A stretch of 64,000 nucleotides of DNA from the NCBI GenBank assembly GCA_934182615.1, contig CAKPRO010000006.1:4771-68770 (forward strand). Direction: 5' to 3'. Origin of the DNA: an uncultured Bacilli bacterium (GTDB lineage: Bacteria; Bacillota_I; Bacilli_A; RF39; UBA660). A program made the position numbers and the translations under genes. Shown one piece after another: positions 52,058 to 62,456 of the stretch; the first letter of the stretch is position 1, and each line of letters begins with the position of its first letter. The notes beneath the pieces are model-generated. The model had not been told where the DNA came from. It did not search any database and saw nothing but the letters and a program-made list of their open reading frames with translations.

Positions 52058-53836
52058 TCATCTTTCCAAGTATTTATTAATCTTATTAATAAAAATATCT
52101 TCATCAATAGGTTCTGATATAACATCACTAAAACCATATTTATCATAACTATCAATATACTCATTATTACTACTAAGTAATATAACCTTAGTATTAAAAG
52201 ACTTAATCATTAATAGCTTCTTCATAATAATTATCCCACTAAGTGGCTTAATATTATCTTCAATTAATATTAAATCATATTTCTTTTTACCCCTAATCTT
52301 ATCTAAAGCCTCTTTACCAAGTTCTATTATTTCTAAATTAATATTCTTATCTTTAACAATATCTTTAATTATCTTACTATTTAAATTACCAATTAATAAT
52401 ACATCTTTCTTATCAATTACCTTTTCATATTCATTTAACTTATTATCACTAACTACCAATCTCTGATCTAATATAATCTTCATCTTAGTACCAATTCCAT
52501 ATATACTACTAGGAACAATAGTACCATTCATTAAAGTAATAATCTTCTTAACATTATATAAAGTATCATTTAAATCATAATTCTCTTCTTTATAATCCTT
52601 CTCATTAACAAATAAACTACCTAACTTATCACTTTCAATACCAATACCAGAATCCTCTACAGTTATAATAAGTCTAACTATATCATTCTTAATAATAGTA
52701 TTAACATCTAACTCTATATAACCATTATTAGTATACTTAACACTATTATCTAACAAAATATCAATAACTTTCTTCAAATTAATACCATCACCATATAAAA
52801 ATTCTGGCATATCACTATTAATATTACTTCTAAAAACAATATTCTTATCATTACATCTCTTCTTATAAGTATTAATCAAACTCTTAAGTATCAACTTAAT
52901 ATTATATTTTTCATCATACACTCTAATACTAGCCCCATCCATATTAGAAACATCTAATATTTCATTAGTTATAGTAGTAAACTTAGCAGTACTACCCTTT
53001 ATCTCTCTAGCAGAATCTTCAATAACTTCTACATTAACTTTCTTATTATCAGTCTCATCCAAGATATTATCAGCTTCTTTATTAATATCTTTAGTAATAC
53101 CCCTTATCTCATTAGTCATATTATATAAGAATAAAGTCTTCTCTTCATTAGCATTATCACTAATTTCCTTAGCCCTATGTATCTCTTCAATTGTCTTCAT
53201 ATCAGGATTCTCTATTGTAAAATACATAACAACAGTAACTAATACTTCTAAAGGACTAACTAAAAATAATTCTGGATATTTTATCTGAAGAAGCAAAGCA
53301 ACTCCTCCAAATAAAAGGAATATAAACATAGGTATATACTTCTTATTACCAAGTTTTTTAATATTAATAACTGAATTAATAACAATTACTAAAATAGCAA
53401 TTATAGCAATTAAATAAGTAAAATTAACTGCTAAACCACTAGTATACATAATATTATTTTTATAATAATAATTAATTGGTAATATTGATATCAAAAATGC
53501 AATCAAAACATATACTACCCAAAATATTTTATATAATTTTTTAGACTTAAAATCTGAAGATATTGAAATAACATATAACATAAAGAATAATATCCAACTA
53601 TCTAAAGATATTAAATATAATACATTAATTATTCTTGTAATATAAGCCATACTATCTATATTAATAATAAATATATAACTAACCATTCCTAATAATAACT
53701 CTACAAATGTAGATATAAGAAGTAAACTATATATCTTATTTTCTTTAGATTTAATTCTTTTTCTCTTAAAATATATAATAATTATAAGTAATATATAAAC
53801 CATCCCTGAAAATGTTAAACCTAAATTAAAATTCAT
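52058..53836 (-). CDS. Membrane histidine-kinase-like / degenerate receiver hybrid (paralog of 16149-17951)
   Basis: The H-box position reads FLYNMTNEIRGITK (His replaced by Asn). HATPase motifs NSVKYT and EDSGIGI. The receiver is degenerate (LLIGNLN, LILIED, ISEP). Confidence 0.75.
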   Translation of the reverse strand: MNFNLGLTFSGMVYILLIIIIYFKRKRIKSKENKIYSLLLISTFVELLLGMVSYIFIINIDSMAYITRIINVLYLISLDSWILFFMLYVISISSDFKSKKLYKIFWVVYVLIAFLISILPINYYYKNNIMYTSGLAVNFTYLIAIIAILVIVINSVINIKKLGNKKYIPMFIFLLFGGVALLLQIKYPELFLVSPLEVLVTVVMYFTIENPDMKTIEEIHRAKEISDNANEEKTLFLYNMTNEIRGITKDINKEADNILDETDNKKVNVEVIEDSAREIKGSTAKFTTITNEILDVSNMDGASIRVYDEKYNIKLILKSLINTYKKRCNDKNIVFRSNINSDMPEFLYGDGINLKKVIDILLDNSVKYTNNGYIELDVNTIIKNDIVRLIITVEDSGIGIESDKLGSLFVNEKDYKEENYDLNDTLYNVKKIITLMNGTIVPSSIYGIGTKMKIILDQRLVVSDNKLNEYEKVIDKKDVLLIGNLNSKIIKDIVKDKNINLEIIELGKEALDKIRGKKKYDLILIEDNIKPLSGIIIMKKLLMIKSFNTKVILLSSNNEYIDSYDKYGFSDVISEPIDEDIFINKINKYLER

Positions 53837-53851
53837 ACTACTACCACCTTT

Positions 53852-55708
53852 TTATTTCTTTATCAATTTTTTACCCTTACTAGGCATAACTATATCATAA
53901 TAACCAAGTCCCATATTAGTCTCATGACAAACAATACTAATCTCACTTCCATCAATACCATCTTCTTTTATCTTCTTATAGTCTTTCTTTAAAGCCGTTG
54001 TATATGGTAACTCGTCCACTACTTTCCATTTAGCAGGTATATCACGAAACGACATATTATTATTACTTAAAATATAATTATCAATAATACTCTTTATAAT
54101 ATCTTTTATATCAATACCTTTACTCTCTTTAGATAAAACAACATATATAAGAGGCATAGCACCAAAGTTATTTTCATCATAATATTCAGATATCATAACA
54201 TCTTCTACATAAGAAGAACTAGTAACAGCATTTTCTAAAGCATTAGGATATATCTTATAACCATCATATCTAGATATCATACCACTTGCTCTTCCTTCAA
54301 AAAAGTATTCCCCTCTAGCATTTTTTTTCATTATATCTCCAGTATCAATATACTCTCTTCCATCAATATTAATTGTTTTATGTAATACTTCTCCATCAAA
54401 TTCGCATACTGGATTACTACCCTTACTATAATATAAATGACCAAGTTCTCCACGACTCAATTCTTTCATAGTGTCAGGATCAATAATAATACCATTTCCA
54501 CCAGGTAAATCAATTCCACAACTACCAGGAGTAGACATAAAAGGATCTTCTAGTATACAAGTACCATTAAATTCACTCATACCATAACCAGTTCTAAGTA
54601 AACACTTAGCATTATGTGATATTAAAAATCTATTAATATTAGCTAGTTGCATAATAGTAAGTGTACCACCGCCATATACCGCTTCTTCAAGAAAAGATAA
54701 ATCAGCATTATTATATTTATCACTACCTATAAGTCTAAGCCAAAAAGAAGGTGTACCAAATAAACAATTAGCCTTAGTCTTAAGTAAAATATCAATAATA
54801 TTTTCCTGTGAAAATATTGGTATTTCTATCATTTCTAATCCTAAACTATGACCCAAATGCATCGAATCAGAAAAACCAAACTGAGCAAAACCAGGAAGTA
54901 CATGTAAAAATGTTTTAACTCTACTATAATCTATATTTGATATTTGATGTTGAAAAGCAATAAAATTAACATTTTCATTAGTTGAAGGAATAGTCTTAGG
55001 TACTCCTGTTGTACCAGAAGAATGGCATATTGTAGCTACTTCATTTTCTACATATGGGTTAGTATAACATACTTGATATCTTGAATCCTTAAGAAATCTA
55101 TCTACTCCAAATATATTAATATTACCATACGAAGTACTTACTCTCTTAACAATATCTTCATCCCTAAATTTCATTCTATACATAACACTTTCAATCATAG
55201 GTAAAGAATCAGTAATCTTAGTAATTAATACTTTATCAATATTTAATTCATTATAAATATAATCCTCAATAGGTTTAATTGAAGTTTCATATACCTTATC
55301 AAAGCATACAATAGCATTTACTTTTTCTTTCTCTAAAAAATATTTCATTCTATCTTCCTTACTAGTAGGATCAATATTATCTGAAATAGCCCCAATCTTA
55401 TTTAAAGCATATATAATAATAGTAGACTCTGGTAAATTAGGAAGTAAAAGTGCTACTCTATCACCTTTTCTAATCCCCATAGCGGCAAATCCCTTAGCAT
55501 ACCTATCTATTAAATCAATAAATTCCCCATAAGTATACCTTTTTCTTCCAAATCTAAGTGCATATCTATCTAAATTATTCTTATTACACTCCCTAATATA
55601 TCCATACATAGTATATTTAGGAATATTATTAAGAATAATATCAAAACTATCACTAGGATTATTCTGTATTTCCCTTTTTAATTCTTCTATTCTTTTTAGT
55701 AATTCCAT
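53852..55708 (-). CDS. AMP-binding (adenylate-forming) enzyme, acyl-CoA synthetase-like
   Basis: 618 aa. AMP-binding motif HSSGTTGVPKTIPSTNENV. It ends 15 nt before the kinase-like gene. Confidence 0.85.
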   Translation of the reverse strand: MELLKRIEELKREIQNNPSDSFDIILNNIPKYTMYGYIRECNKNNLDRYALRFGRKRYTYGEFIDLIDRYAKGFAAMGIRKGDRVALLLPNLPESTIIIYALNKIGAISDNIDPTSKEDRMKYFLEKEKVNAIVCFDKVYETSIKPIEDYIYNELNIDKVLITKITDSLPMIESVMYRMKFRDEDIVKRVSTSYGNINIFGVDRFLKDSRYQVCYTNPYVENEVATICHSSGTTGVPKTIPSTNENVNFIAFQHQISNIDYSRVKTFLHVLPGFAQFGFSDSMHLGHSLGLEMIEIPIFSQENIIDILLKTKANCLFGTPSFWLRLIGSDKYNNADLSFLEEAVYGGGTLTIMQLANINRFLISHNAKCLLRTGYGMSEFNGTCILEDPFMSTPGSCGIDLPGGNGIIIDPDTMKELSRGELGHLYYSKGSNPVCEFDGEVLHKTINIDGREYIDTGDIMKKNARGEYFFEGRASGMISRYDGYKIYPNALENAVTSSSYVEDVMISEYYDENNFGAMPLIYVVLSKESKGIDIKDIIKSIIDNYILSNNNMSFRDIPAKWKVVDELPYTTALKKDYKKIKEDGIDGSEISIVCHETNMGLGYYDIVMPSKGKKLIKK

Positions 55709-55770
55709 CTAAACCACCCTTTACAAAATTTCCCCTCTAAAACACTAATATTATACCATAATCAAAAGCT

Positions 55771-55802
55771 AAAAAAAATGTACCATTTGTGTACATTTTT
55801 TC
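55771..55802 (-). terminator. Intrinsic terminator
   Basis: Minus strand has AAAAAAUGUAC-acaaaug-GUACAUUUUUUUU. Confidence 0.65.
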
Positions 55803-55841
55803 AGTTCGTAAAATGACATAAGTTTACTATAAGTTAACCAT

Positions 55842-57014
55842 TTATTTGCCCTTTCCACTTGCAATATCTGGTAAATATAAAGAAAACTTTTTATTAATTA
55901 CTTTCATAACATTACTATCATATTTCATAGGTAATACTACTTCATAATAATATTCTCTAAGTATATCATCTGAAACATTATATCTAGAAATAACTTCATC
56001 TAAACTATCTAAATTAATAAGAAATTTATTATATTCTTCTTCATTATATGGAGGAATATTATTTTTTTGTCTATATAACCCCTTATTAATACATTTAAAT
56101 CTTATTCCCATTCGTTTAAGACTAATATACTCTCCTAGTAACATATCACATCCATTACTAAGAAGTAAAGCTCCTACAGCTCTTGTTTTAGTTCTATCTA
56201 ATACTACTTCATTAGTTTGACTATTATATCTATATAACTCTCCACTATCTTTTAATTCCCTTTGAATACTTAATTCTTCTATCATTTTAGGACTACTAAT
56301 TGAAGTAACAGAACTTTCCATATCATTAGTATAACCAACCTTAATATAATGTTTATTTCCATTAACATCAATTTCTTTTAAAGTATTAAAATCAGCCTCA
56401 GTAGTTTCTCTAGTAACAGAATCAACAAAAGAAGAAGCAATATAACTATCACCATTAACATCCATAACAAATAATGCTTTAACATCTCTAAAAGTATTAA
56501 GTTCTCTACCTGATATTAAAGAGCAAGATAAGTATTGTTTACTATACTCATTATCATGATAATTTAATTCTCCCTTTACACCAGGTTCTAAATAACTAGC
56601 ATGAATTACTGTCATAAAGTCTTCTCCATTAGTAATATTATCATAATTAGTAATATCTCTTTCCCATAACTTAACAGAATAGTCTCTGCATTTCTCTTCT
56701 AAATCAAATATCTCTTTTAAATCCTTTTCAAATTCTAATCCTACTAGTGAAGCATCATCTTTATATTTACCATACTTAAAACAATACTCTACATTATCAC
56801 TACTAGTTAAATCATTTAGTATTCTATTATAAATACCATATAAATCAGAATATTTACTTTTAAATTCTTTTAATTTCCTATAAGTATCTATATAAATATC
56901 ATTGTTAACTTCCATATCAATAAGCATAGCAAGTTTTTTCTCTAACTCTGTAATATAACCTCTTACACTAGAATTAATTAAAGCGTAATCAGTAATATAA
57001 CTAAATTTTCTCAT
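55842..57014 (-). CDS. Hypothetical protein
   Basis: 390 aa ORF with no motif. Confidence 0.5.
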   Translation of the reverse strand: MRKFSYITDYALINSSVRGYITELEKKLAMLIDMEVNNDIYIDTYRKLKEFKSKYSDLYGIYNRILNDLTSSDNVEYCFKYGKYKDDASLVGLEFEKDLKEIFDLEEKCRDYSVKLWERDITNYDNITNGEDFMTVIHASYLEPGVKGELNYHDNEYSKQYLSCSLISGRELNTFRDVKALFVMDVNGDSYIASSFVDSVTRETTEADFNTLKEIDVNGNKHYIKVGYTNDMESSVTSISSPKMIEELSIQRELKDSGELYRYNSQTNEVVLDRTKTRAVGALLLSNGCDMLLGEYISLKRMGIRFKCINKGLYRQKNNIPPYNEEEYNKFLINLDSLDEVISRYNVSDDILREYYYEVVLPMKYDSNVMKVINKKFSLYLPDIASGKGK

Positions 57015-57230
57015 AACACACTCCTATCTAAATAAACATATCATTATTTTAACTCTTCAATTTATCAGTATTTCTGACAAGTTAAAATTCTATCAAATTT
57101 TCCATCATTCAAATTATAATAACATATTCAATTAACCATCTCTTTCAGTTGTTGCATTTTTTACAATAACTGAAATTAATTTCTTTACTCAGTGGTTATC
57201 CCAAAATTTGCATATACCACCAAAAGCTTT

Positions 57231-57285
57231 ATTTCAAAGACTTAATGGCTTTGAAATACCCTACAAGACCTTAGACTTGTAGGGC
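57231..57285 (+). repeat. Twin-hairpin repeat, inverted-orientation variant (copy 9)
   Basis: Plus strand reads AUUUCAAAGACU-uaa-UGGCUUUGAAAUACC-CUACAAGACC-uu-AGACUUGUAGGG. It ends 9 nt from the ruvB stop. Confidence 0.6.
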
Positions 57286-57293
57286 ATAATATA

Positions 57294-58283
57294 TTAATCT
57301 TTCTTAATACCTAAATATTCATAAGTCTTATCAGTAACAACTCTACCTCTAGCAGTTCTCTTTAAATAACCCTGTTGTAATAAATAAGGTTCATATACAT
57401 CTTCAATAGTAGAAGCTTCTTCTCCAATTGAAGAAGCAAGAGCCTCAAGTCCTACTGGTCCCCCATTAAATCTTTCTACAATAGCTAAAAGTAAATTATA
57501 ATCAGTATCATCAAGTCCAGTCTTATCTACTTTTAATCTATCCAAAGAATTATCAAGAATCTCTTTATTAATAATACCATCACCATATACCAAAGCAAAA
57601 TCCCTAACTCTCTTAAATAACCTATTAGCAATTCTCGGAGTACCCCTACTTCTCTTAGCTAGTTCTCTAGCAGCATCATCAGTAATAGGAGTATCAAGTA
57701 CCCTAGAAGTTCTCTTAATAATCTGATATAATTCATCCTCAGTATAAAAATTAAGTTTAGAAATAATACCAAATCTATCTCTTAAAGGACTAGATAAATC
57801 ACCTGCTCTAGTAGTAGCTCCTACTAAAGTAAAATGTGGTAAATTAATCTTAATATTTCTTGAAGAACCCTCACTACCTACTATTATATCTAAGTAAAAA
57901 TCCTCCATCGCTGGATATAAAATCTCTTCAATATATCTAGGAATTCTATGAATCTCATCAATAAATAGAACATCCCCTTCTTCTAAAGTAGATAGTATTG
58001 CAGCTAAGTCCCCACTCTTCTCAATCGAAGGCCCACTAGCAGTCTTAATATTAGTACCAAGTTCATTAGCAATAATATAAGCAAGAGTAGTCTTACCAAG
58101 CCCAGGAGGACCATATAATAAAATATGATCTAAAGTCTCTCCTCTCATAACTGAAGACTTAATAAATACCCCTAAATTCTCTTTAATCTCACTTTGACCA
58201 ACATACTCATTTAAAGATACTGGTCTAATAGTCATATCCTTATCCTCTTTAAATTCTTCACTACTCATTATTCTATCATTCAT
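57294..58283 (-). CDS. ruvB: Holliday junction helicase RuvB
   Basis: Motifs [16 protein letters not shown] and the sensor/arginine regions. 329 aa. Confidence 0.97.
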   Translation of the reverse strand: MNDRIMSSEEFKEDKDMTIRPVSLNEYVGQSEIKENLGVFIKSSVMRGETLDHILLYGPPGLGKTTLAYIIANELGTNIKTASGPSIEKSGDLAAILSTLEEGDVLFIDEIHRIPRYIEEILYPAMEDFYLDIIVGSEGSSRNIKINLPHFTLVGATTRAGDLSSPLRDRFGIISKLNFYTEDELYQIIKRTSRVLDTPITDDAARELAKRSRGTPRIANRLFKRVRDFALVYGDGIINKEILDNSLDRLKVDKTGLDDTDYNLLLAIVERFNGGPVGLEALASSIGEEASTIEDVYEPYLLQQGYLKRTARGRVVTDKTYEYLGIKKD

Positions 58284-58838
58284 CTATTCCCCCTCCTTGT
58301 ATATAGTATTATATAAATCTTTAGTCCCCTTTTCTTCCATATCTAATTCAATTTTAGGTAAATCATCCTTACTACCAAGCCCAAAATAATCCAAAAACTC
58401 ATCAGTAGTCTTATATAAAGTAGGTCTACCAATAGTATCAGCCTTACCACACTCTTTAATAAGCCCTTTAGCCAGTAACCTTCTCATAACATAAGCCGAA
58501 TCTACTCCTCTTAAAGAATCAACATTACCCCTAGTAATAGGTTCATTGTAGGCAATAATAGCAAGTGTCTCTAAAGCCGACTGTGACAAACTATTCGAAG
58601 TAGGCTCTTCAAGTAACTTCTGATAATATTCCTTATGTTCTTCTCTAGTCGTAAGTTTAATCGTATTACCTAAAAAATTAATTCTAAGACCCCTCTTATT
58701 ATCATCATAATAATTCTTTAAACTAAGAACAATCCTCTTAGCCTCTTCCTCATCAATTTCTAATATTCTCTCAATATCATTCAAAGTAATACCCATATCA
58801 CCTTGAACATATAAAAGTCCTTCTACTACACTTTCCAT
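58284..58838 (-). CDS. scpB: Segregation and condensation protein B
   Basis: VEGLLYVQGDMGITL..SQSALETLAIIAYNEPITRGNVDSLRGV. Confidence 0.9.
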   Translation of the reverse strand: MESVVEGLLYVQGDMGITLNDIERILEIDEEEAKRIVLSLKNYYDDNKRGLRINFLGNTIKLTTREEHKEYYQKLLEEPTSNSLSQSALETLAIIAYNEPITRGNVDSLRGVDSAYVMRRLLAKGLIKECGKADTIGRPTLYKTTDEFLDYFGLGSKDDLPKIELDMEEKGTKDLYNTIYKEGE

Positions 58839-58839
58839 C

Positions 58840-59556
58840 TTAATTCCTCAATTCTATTAATATCTTATCAAAATTCTTATCTTGATTAATAACAACATCT
58901 TTCTCTTTAACCATTTCTAATATTGATAAAAAAGTAACAACCACTATCGGTCTATTATACTCTTCAAATAAATCATCTAAATAAGCCTTCTTCTTAGTTA
59001 TAAGAATCTTCTTAATATTATTCTTTCTCTCCCTAACCGAATACTCTCTTTTAGTAACAGTAGTTTCTAAAGGTTTATCAAGTTCTTTTCTCTCTAAAAA
59101 CTTCTTAAAAGCCTCAAGTAAATTATCAATCGTATCTTCGCCACTAAGAGTACTCTCAGTATAATTACTAACCTTCTCCGGAGCCTTAATATATATCTTC
59201 TTTCTTTCTTCCTCTAACTCTTTAAATACCGGTGTCATCTCTTTATATTTCTTATATTCAAGTAATTTATTAATAAGATTCTCTCTCGTAATCTCTTCAT
59301 CTTCTTCACTATTATCTTCTTCTTTCTTATTACTAGGAAGTAATAGTTTAGACTTCAAATACATAAGTTCCGCCGCCATAACTAAATACGAAGAAGAAAT
59401 ATTAATATTAAGATTCTCTTCATGATTAATATAATCCAAATATTTATCCGTAATCTCTTCTACTTTAATATCAAAAATATCTATATTAGACTCTTTTACT
59501 AAATGTAAAAGTAAATCTAAAGGTCCTTCAAAATTATCTATTGATATATAATCCAT
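58840..59556 (-). CDS. scpA: Segregation and condensation protein A
   Basis: NFEGPLDLLLHLVKESNIDIFDIKVEEITDKYL. Confidence 0.9.
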   Translation of the reverse strand: MDYISIDNFEGPLDLLLHLVKESNIDIFDIKVEEITDKYLDYINHEENLNINISSSYLVMAAELMYLKSKLLLPSNKKEEDNSEEDEEITRENLINKLLEYKKYKEMTPVFKELEEERKKIYIKAPEKVSNYTESTLSGEDTIDNLLEAFKKFLERKELDKPLETTVTKREYSVRERKNNIKKILITKKKAYLDDLFEEYNRPIVVVTFLSILEMVKEKDVVINQDKNFDKILIELRN

Positions 59557-59753
59557 ATATCCACCATCCTACCTAATTATATCATGTATTTAACCATTAG
59601 TAAATAAAGAATTACTCCCAAAACTATTGCTTTTATATAAAATATATAGTATCATATATAATGCAGTAAATGATACACTGCCGTATTTGTAACCAAATAA
59701 GTTACATATTTTATCAAAAAGAAGTAGTATAATAATCTTACAGGAGGAAAATT

Positions 59754-60005
59754 ATGATTGAACCAAAGTCGCGTATTATACCAGACGATATTTTTGAAGA
59801 AGTAAATGCAGTAACTCATGAACTAATCAAATATGAAAATCCAAATAATTTAAATTGGATGCCAGCATATGAAGATGTTCTAACTAAAATGGATAAAAAA
59901 GAACAATATCATAACCCAAGGTTACTTACCTTCATCGTAAGAAGAATAAGTGAATTAGGCTATGATATCAATGATCATCCATTTAAACTAACTAGATATA
60001 GATAA
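59754..60005 (+). CDS. Hypothetical protein
   Basis: 83 aa with SD CAGGAGG upstream and its own terminator. Confidence 0.5.
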   Translation: MIEPKSRIIPDDIFEEVNAVTHELIKYENPNNLNWMPAYEDVLTKMDKKEQYHNPRLLTFIVRRISELGYDINDHPFKLTRYR

Positions 60006-60027
60006 AAAGACCCCAGTGGTCTTTTTT
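60004..60027 (+). terminator. Intrinsic terminator
   Basis: AAAAAGACC-ccagt-GGTCTTTTTTT. Confidence 0.75.
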
Positions 60028-60264
60028 TCGTTTCAAAAATTATAAATATATCAAAAAAGAGAATACCTTTATAATTGTACACCTTACACCATTAATAATT
60101 CTACTTTCAAAAAAATTTTCATTAAAAATTAAGTTTTCCTCTTTAAAATTTAGTAAATTTGTTATACAATTAGATAAAGACATTAATTACACACCCGTAC
60201 TTTCTATTTTGACTATATATATTGTACCAGAAATGTGTGTTAATGTCTTTATTTTTTTGTAACA

Positions 60265-60304
60265 AAAAACTAGTTCACATCACATCATTTTGAACTAGTT
60301 TTTA
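60265..60304 (-). terminator. Intrinsic (bidirectional) terminator after the 60380 gene
   Basis: AAAAAACTAGTTCA-12nt-TGAACTAGTTTTT. Confidence 0.7.
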
Positions 60305-60379
60305 TCTAGGTCCCCTTAATTTCAAAGAACCCCAAATATAGTATCCTCAAATCCCCTCATTATAGAAAAACCCTTTTTA

Positions 60380-60625
60380 TTATAAATGATTCTCAAACAA
60401 AGGTAATATCTTTTTCAAAGCATCTACCCCAGTAACTTCTTTAATAATTCTTCTATTATTATCTAAATCAATAATATAAATAAGTTTATAATTATTTTCA
60501 ATATCTGTTCTAGTATCATTAAGTTTAGCAATATAATAATATTCCTTATCCTCATAATAAACTTTATCTAAAACTAAATACTCTTCTTCATTTTCTAATA
60601 CTATAACTTTATCAATATCTATCAT
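60380..60625 (-). CDS. Hypothetical small protein
   Basis: Likely start is MIDIDKVIV at 60625, after AGGAGTG. Confidence 0.45.
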   Translation of the reverse strand: MIDIDKVIVLENEEEYLVLDKVYYEDKEYYYIAKLNDTRTDIENNYKLIYIIDLDNNRRIIKEVTGVDALKKILPLFENHL

Positions 60626-60635
60626 ATCGTCACTC

Positions 60636-62456
60636 CTAACTATTAATATCTGGAAAACCAAAATTATCTTTCATATCTGAAAAATTACCACTATTAAGAG
60701 GAATATTAATATTAGGAAAATCCTTAGTATCTAGTTTAGAATCAGATACAGGTATCCAAAAAGCATTATTATCCAGAGTAGGTTCAATATCAATCTTATT
60801 AATATCCTTATCTTCCTTATCAGTAGGTCCTCTAATAGAATTACTATCGTTATCCATATTAACAACTACACCACTATTAATATTATCCGTAACTCCCCAT
60901 ACAGGTACATTATCCTCTACTACTTTAATATCAGTATCAGAAGTAGGAACTTCCCATATTGGTTCTACCGCTTCCTCTATCTTACTTTCTTCTACCCTAT
61001 TTTCTTCTACCTTAGGAGTATCCTCTTTAACATTATCTTCCTTAACAGTATCCACTTTAGTAGCAATCTCTTTATCCTCTGCATCAGAAGCCACTTCTAT
61101 ATTCTTAGGTTCTAAAGATACATTCTTAGTAAAATCATCAAAAATATTCATTCTAGGCTTAGGATTCAATTTCTTATTAACATTCTCCCTAACACTCTCA
61201 CCCTTAAGTTTAGCAAGTCCTAAATTAAGTGTTCTTGGATAATCAATAACCTCTTTAATACAATAAGGATCAACCGTATCATTAACAATATCCTCAAGTA
61301 CTGCTTCTTCCTCTTTAGGAGGTTCCTCTTCCTCTTGTACTTCTTCTTTTACTTCTTCTGGTATATCTTCTTCTAAATTATCATAAGACTCTATAATACC
61401 ATACTCTCTTAATATAGTAAGAATATCATAAGAATTAATAACCTCTTCAAGTTCTTCAAGTCTCTCTTCTTTAAACTTAATTCTACTATTATAATTAATA
61501 ATATTATCAAGTACTTCTTTCTCTTTATTCAAAGTACTCTTTTGTTCTTCTACTAAACTTTCAAAACTTAATAACTCATCACTATCTTCAATATGAAGTT
61601 TATTCTTAATATGATTCCTATCCTCAAGTAAATCTCTTATCTTATCTCTCTTACAACACATCTGTTCAAAATCTTCTTCAAAAGAAATAACAAGTTCATA
61701 TATTTCTAAAATAATCTCCCTATTCTTCCATATATAATAACTCTTCTCAGCATCTTCAACATAAGAAGAATAATCATCATCAGCACCATTACTAACAAGA
61801 CTCTTAACACTATCTAAAGTAACCTCTAAAGTTTCTTCATTCTCTTTAACCCTCTCACTAGCAGCCTTAAGTTCTTCATTATAATTATCTTCATTAATCT
61901 TATTAAAGTATTCATCATTCTTTATACATTTAACAAGTTCAGAATATAGAATATCTTCCATAATCTTATTCTTTTTAACATATTCATCTTTTTCATTCTC
62001 AAGTTCTATCAAAGAATCCTTAAGTTTACCATTACTAGAAGTAATCTCATCAATTTCATTCTTCGTAGTTAAATATCTCTCAATAAGATCAAGTCTATTT
62101 TTCTTTTCTTCTAATTCTTCATCAGATACAACAAGTTGAAATCCATCAATATATCTACCAGTAGATTCATAAAACTTATCTTCTAACTCTCTTCTTTTAT
62201 CAAGTCTATCTTCAAGTAATTTAATAAGCTTCTTTAATCTACCTTCTTCTTTCTCTAAAGTAACCTCTGGTGAAATCAAACTTCTAATTTCCTTCTCAAA
62301 CTCTTTATTATATACAGCATCAATCTTCTTAGAATATTTTTCATAATTATCAATAACATCACTAGGAGTCTTAACACCCTTCTCTTTATCAAGTTTAATT
62401 CTCATTTCAAAAATTTTACACAAATTTTCAAAAGAACTTATAGAGTTTCCTTCCAT
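60636..62456 (-). CDS. Acidic coiled-coil protein of unknown function
   Basis: 606 aa, Glu/Lys/Asp-rich, with long heptad-like segments. It overlaps the upstream ORF by 19 nt. Confidence 0.55.
   Translation of the reverse strand: MEGNSISSFENLCKIFEMRIKLDKEKGVKTPSDVIDNYEKYSKKIDAVYNKEFEKEIRSLISPEVTLEKEEGRLKKLIKLLEDRLDKRRELEDKFYESTGRYIDGFQLVVSDEELEEKKNRLDLIERYLTTKNEIDEITSSNGKLKDSLIELENEKDEYVKKNKIMEDILYSELVKCIKNDEYFNKINEDNYNEELKAASERVKENEETLEVTLDSVKSLVSNGADDDYSSYVEDAEKSYYIWKNREIILEIYELVISFEEDFEQMCCKRDKIRDLLEDRNHIKNKLHIEDSDELLSFESLVEEQKSTLNKEKEVLDNIINYNSRIKFKEERLEELEEVINSYDILTILREYGIIESYDNLEEDIPEEVKEEVQEEEEPPKEEEAVLEDIVNDTVDPYCIKEVIDYPRTLNLGLAKLKGESVRENVNKKLNPKPRMNIFDDFTKNVSLEPKNIEVASDAEDKEIATKVDTVKEDNVKEDTPKVEENRVEESKIEEAVEPIWEVPTSDTDIKVVEDNVPVWGVTDNINSGVVVNMDNDSNSIRGPTDKEDKDINKIDIEPTLDNNAFWIPVSDSKLDTKDFPNINIPLNSGNFSDMKDNFGFPDINS

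Noticed and set aside
51964-52164. 66 aa minus-strand ORF overlapping the 3' end of the kinase-like gene
   Set aside because: It overlaps 52058-53836 in another frame, is hydrophobic and low-complexity, and has no SD.
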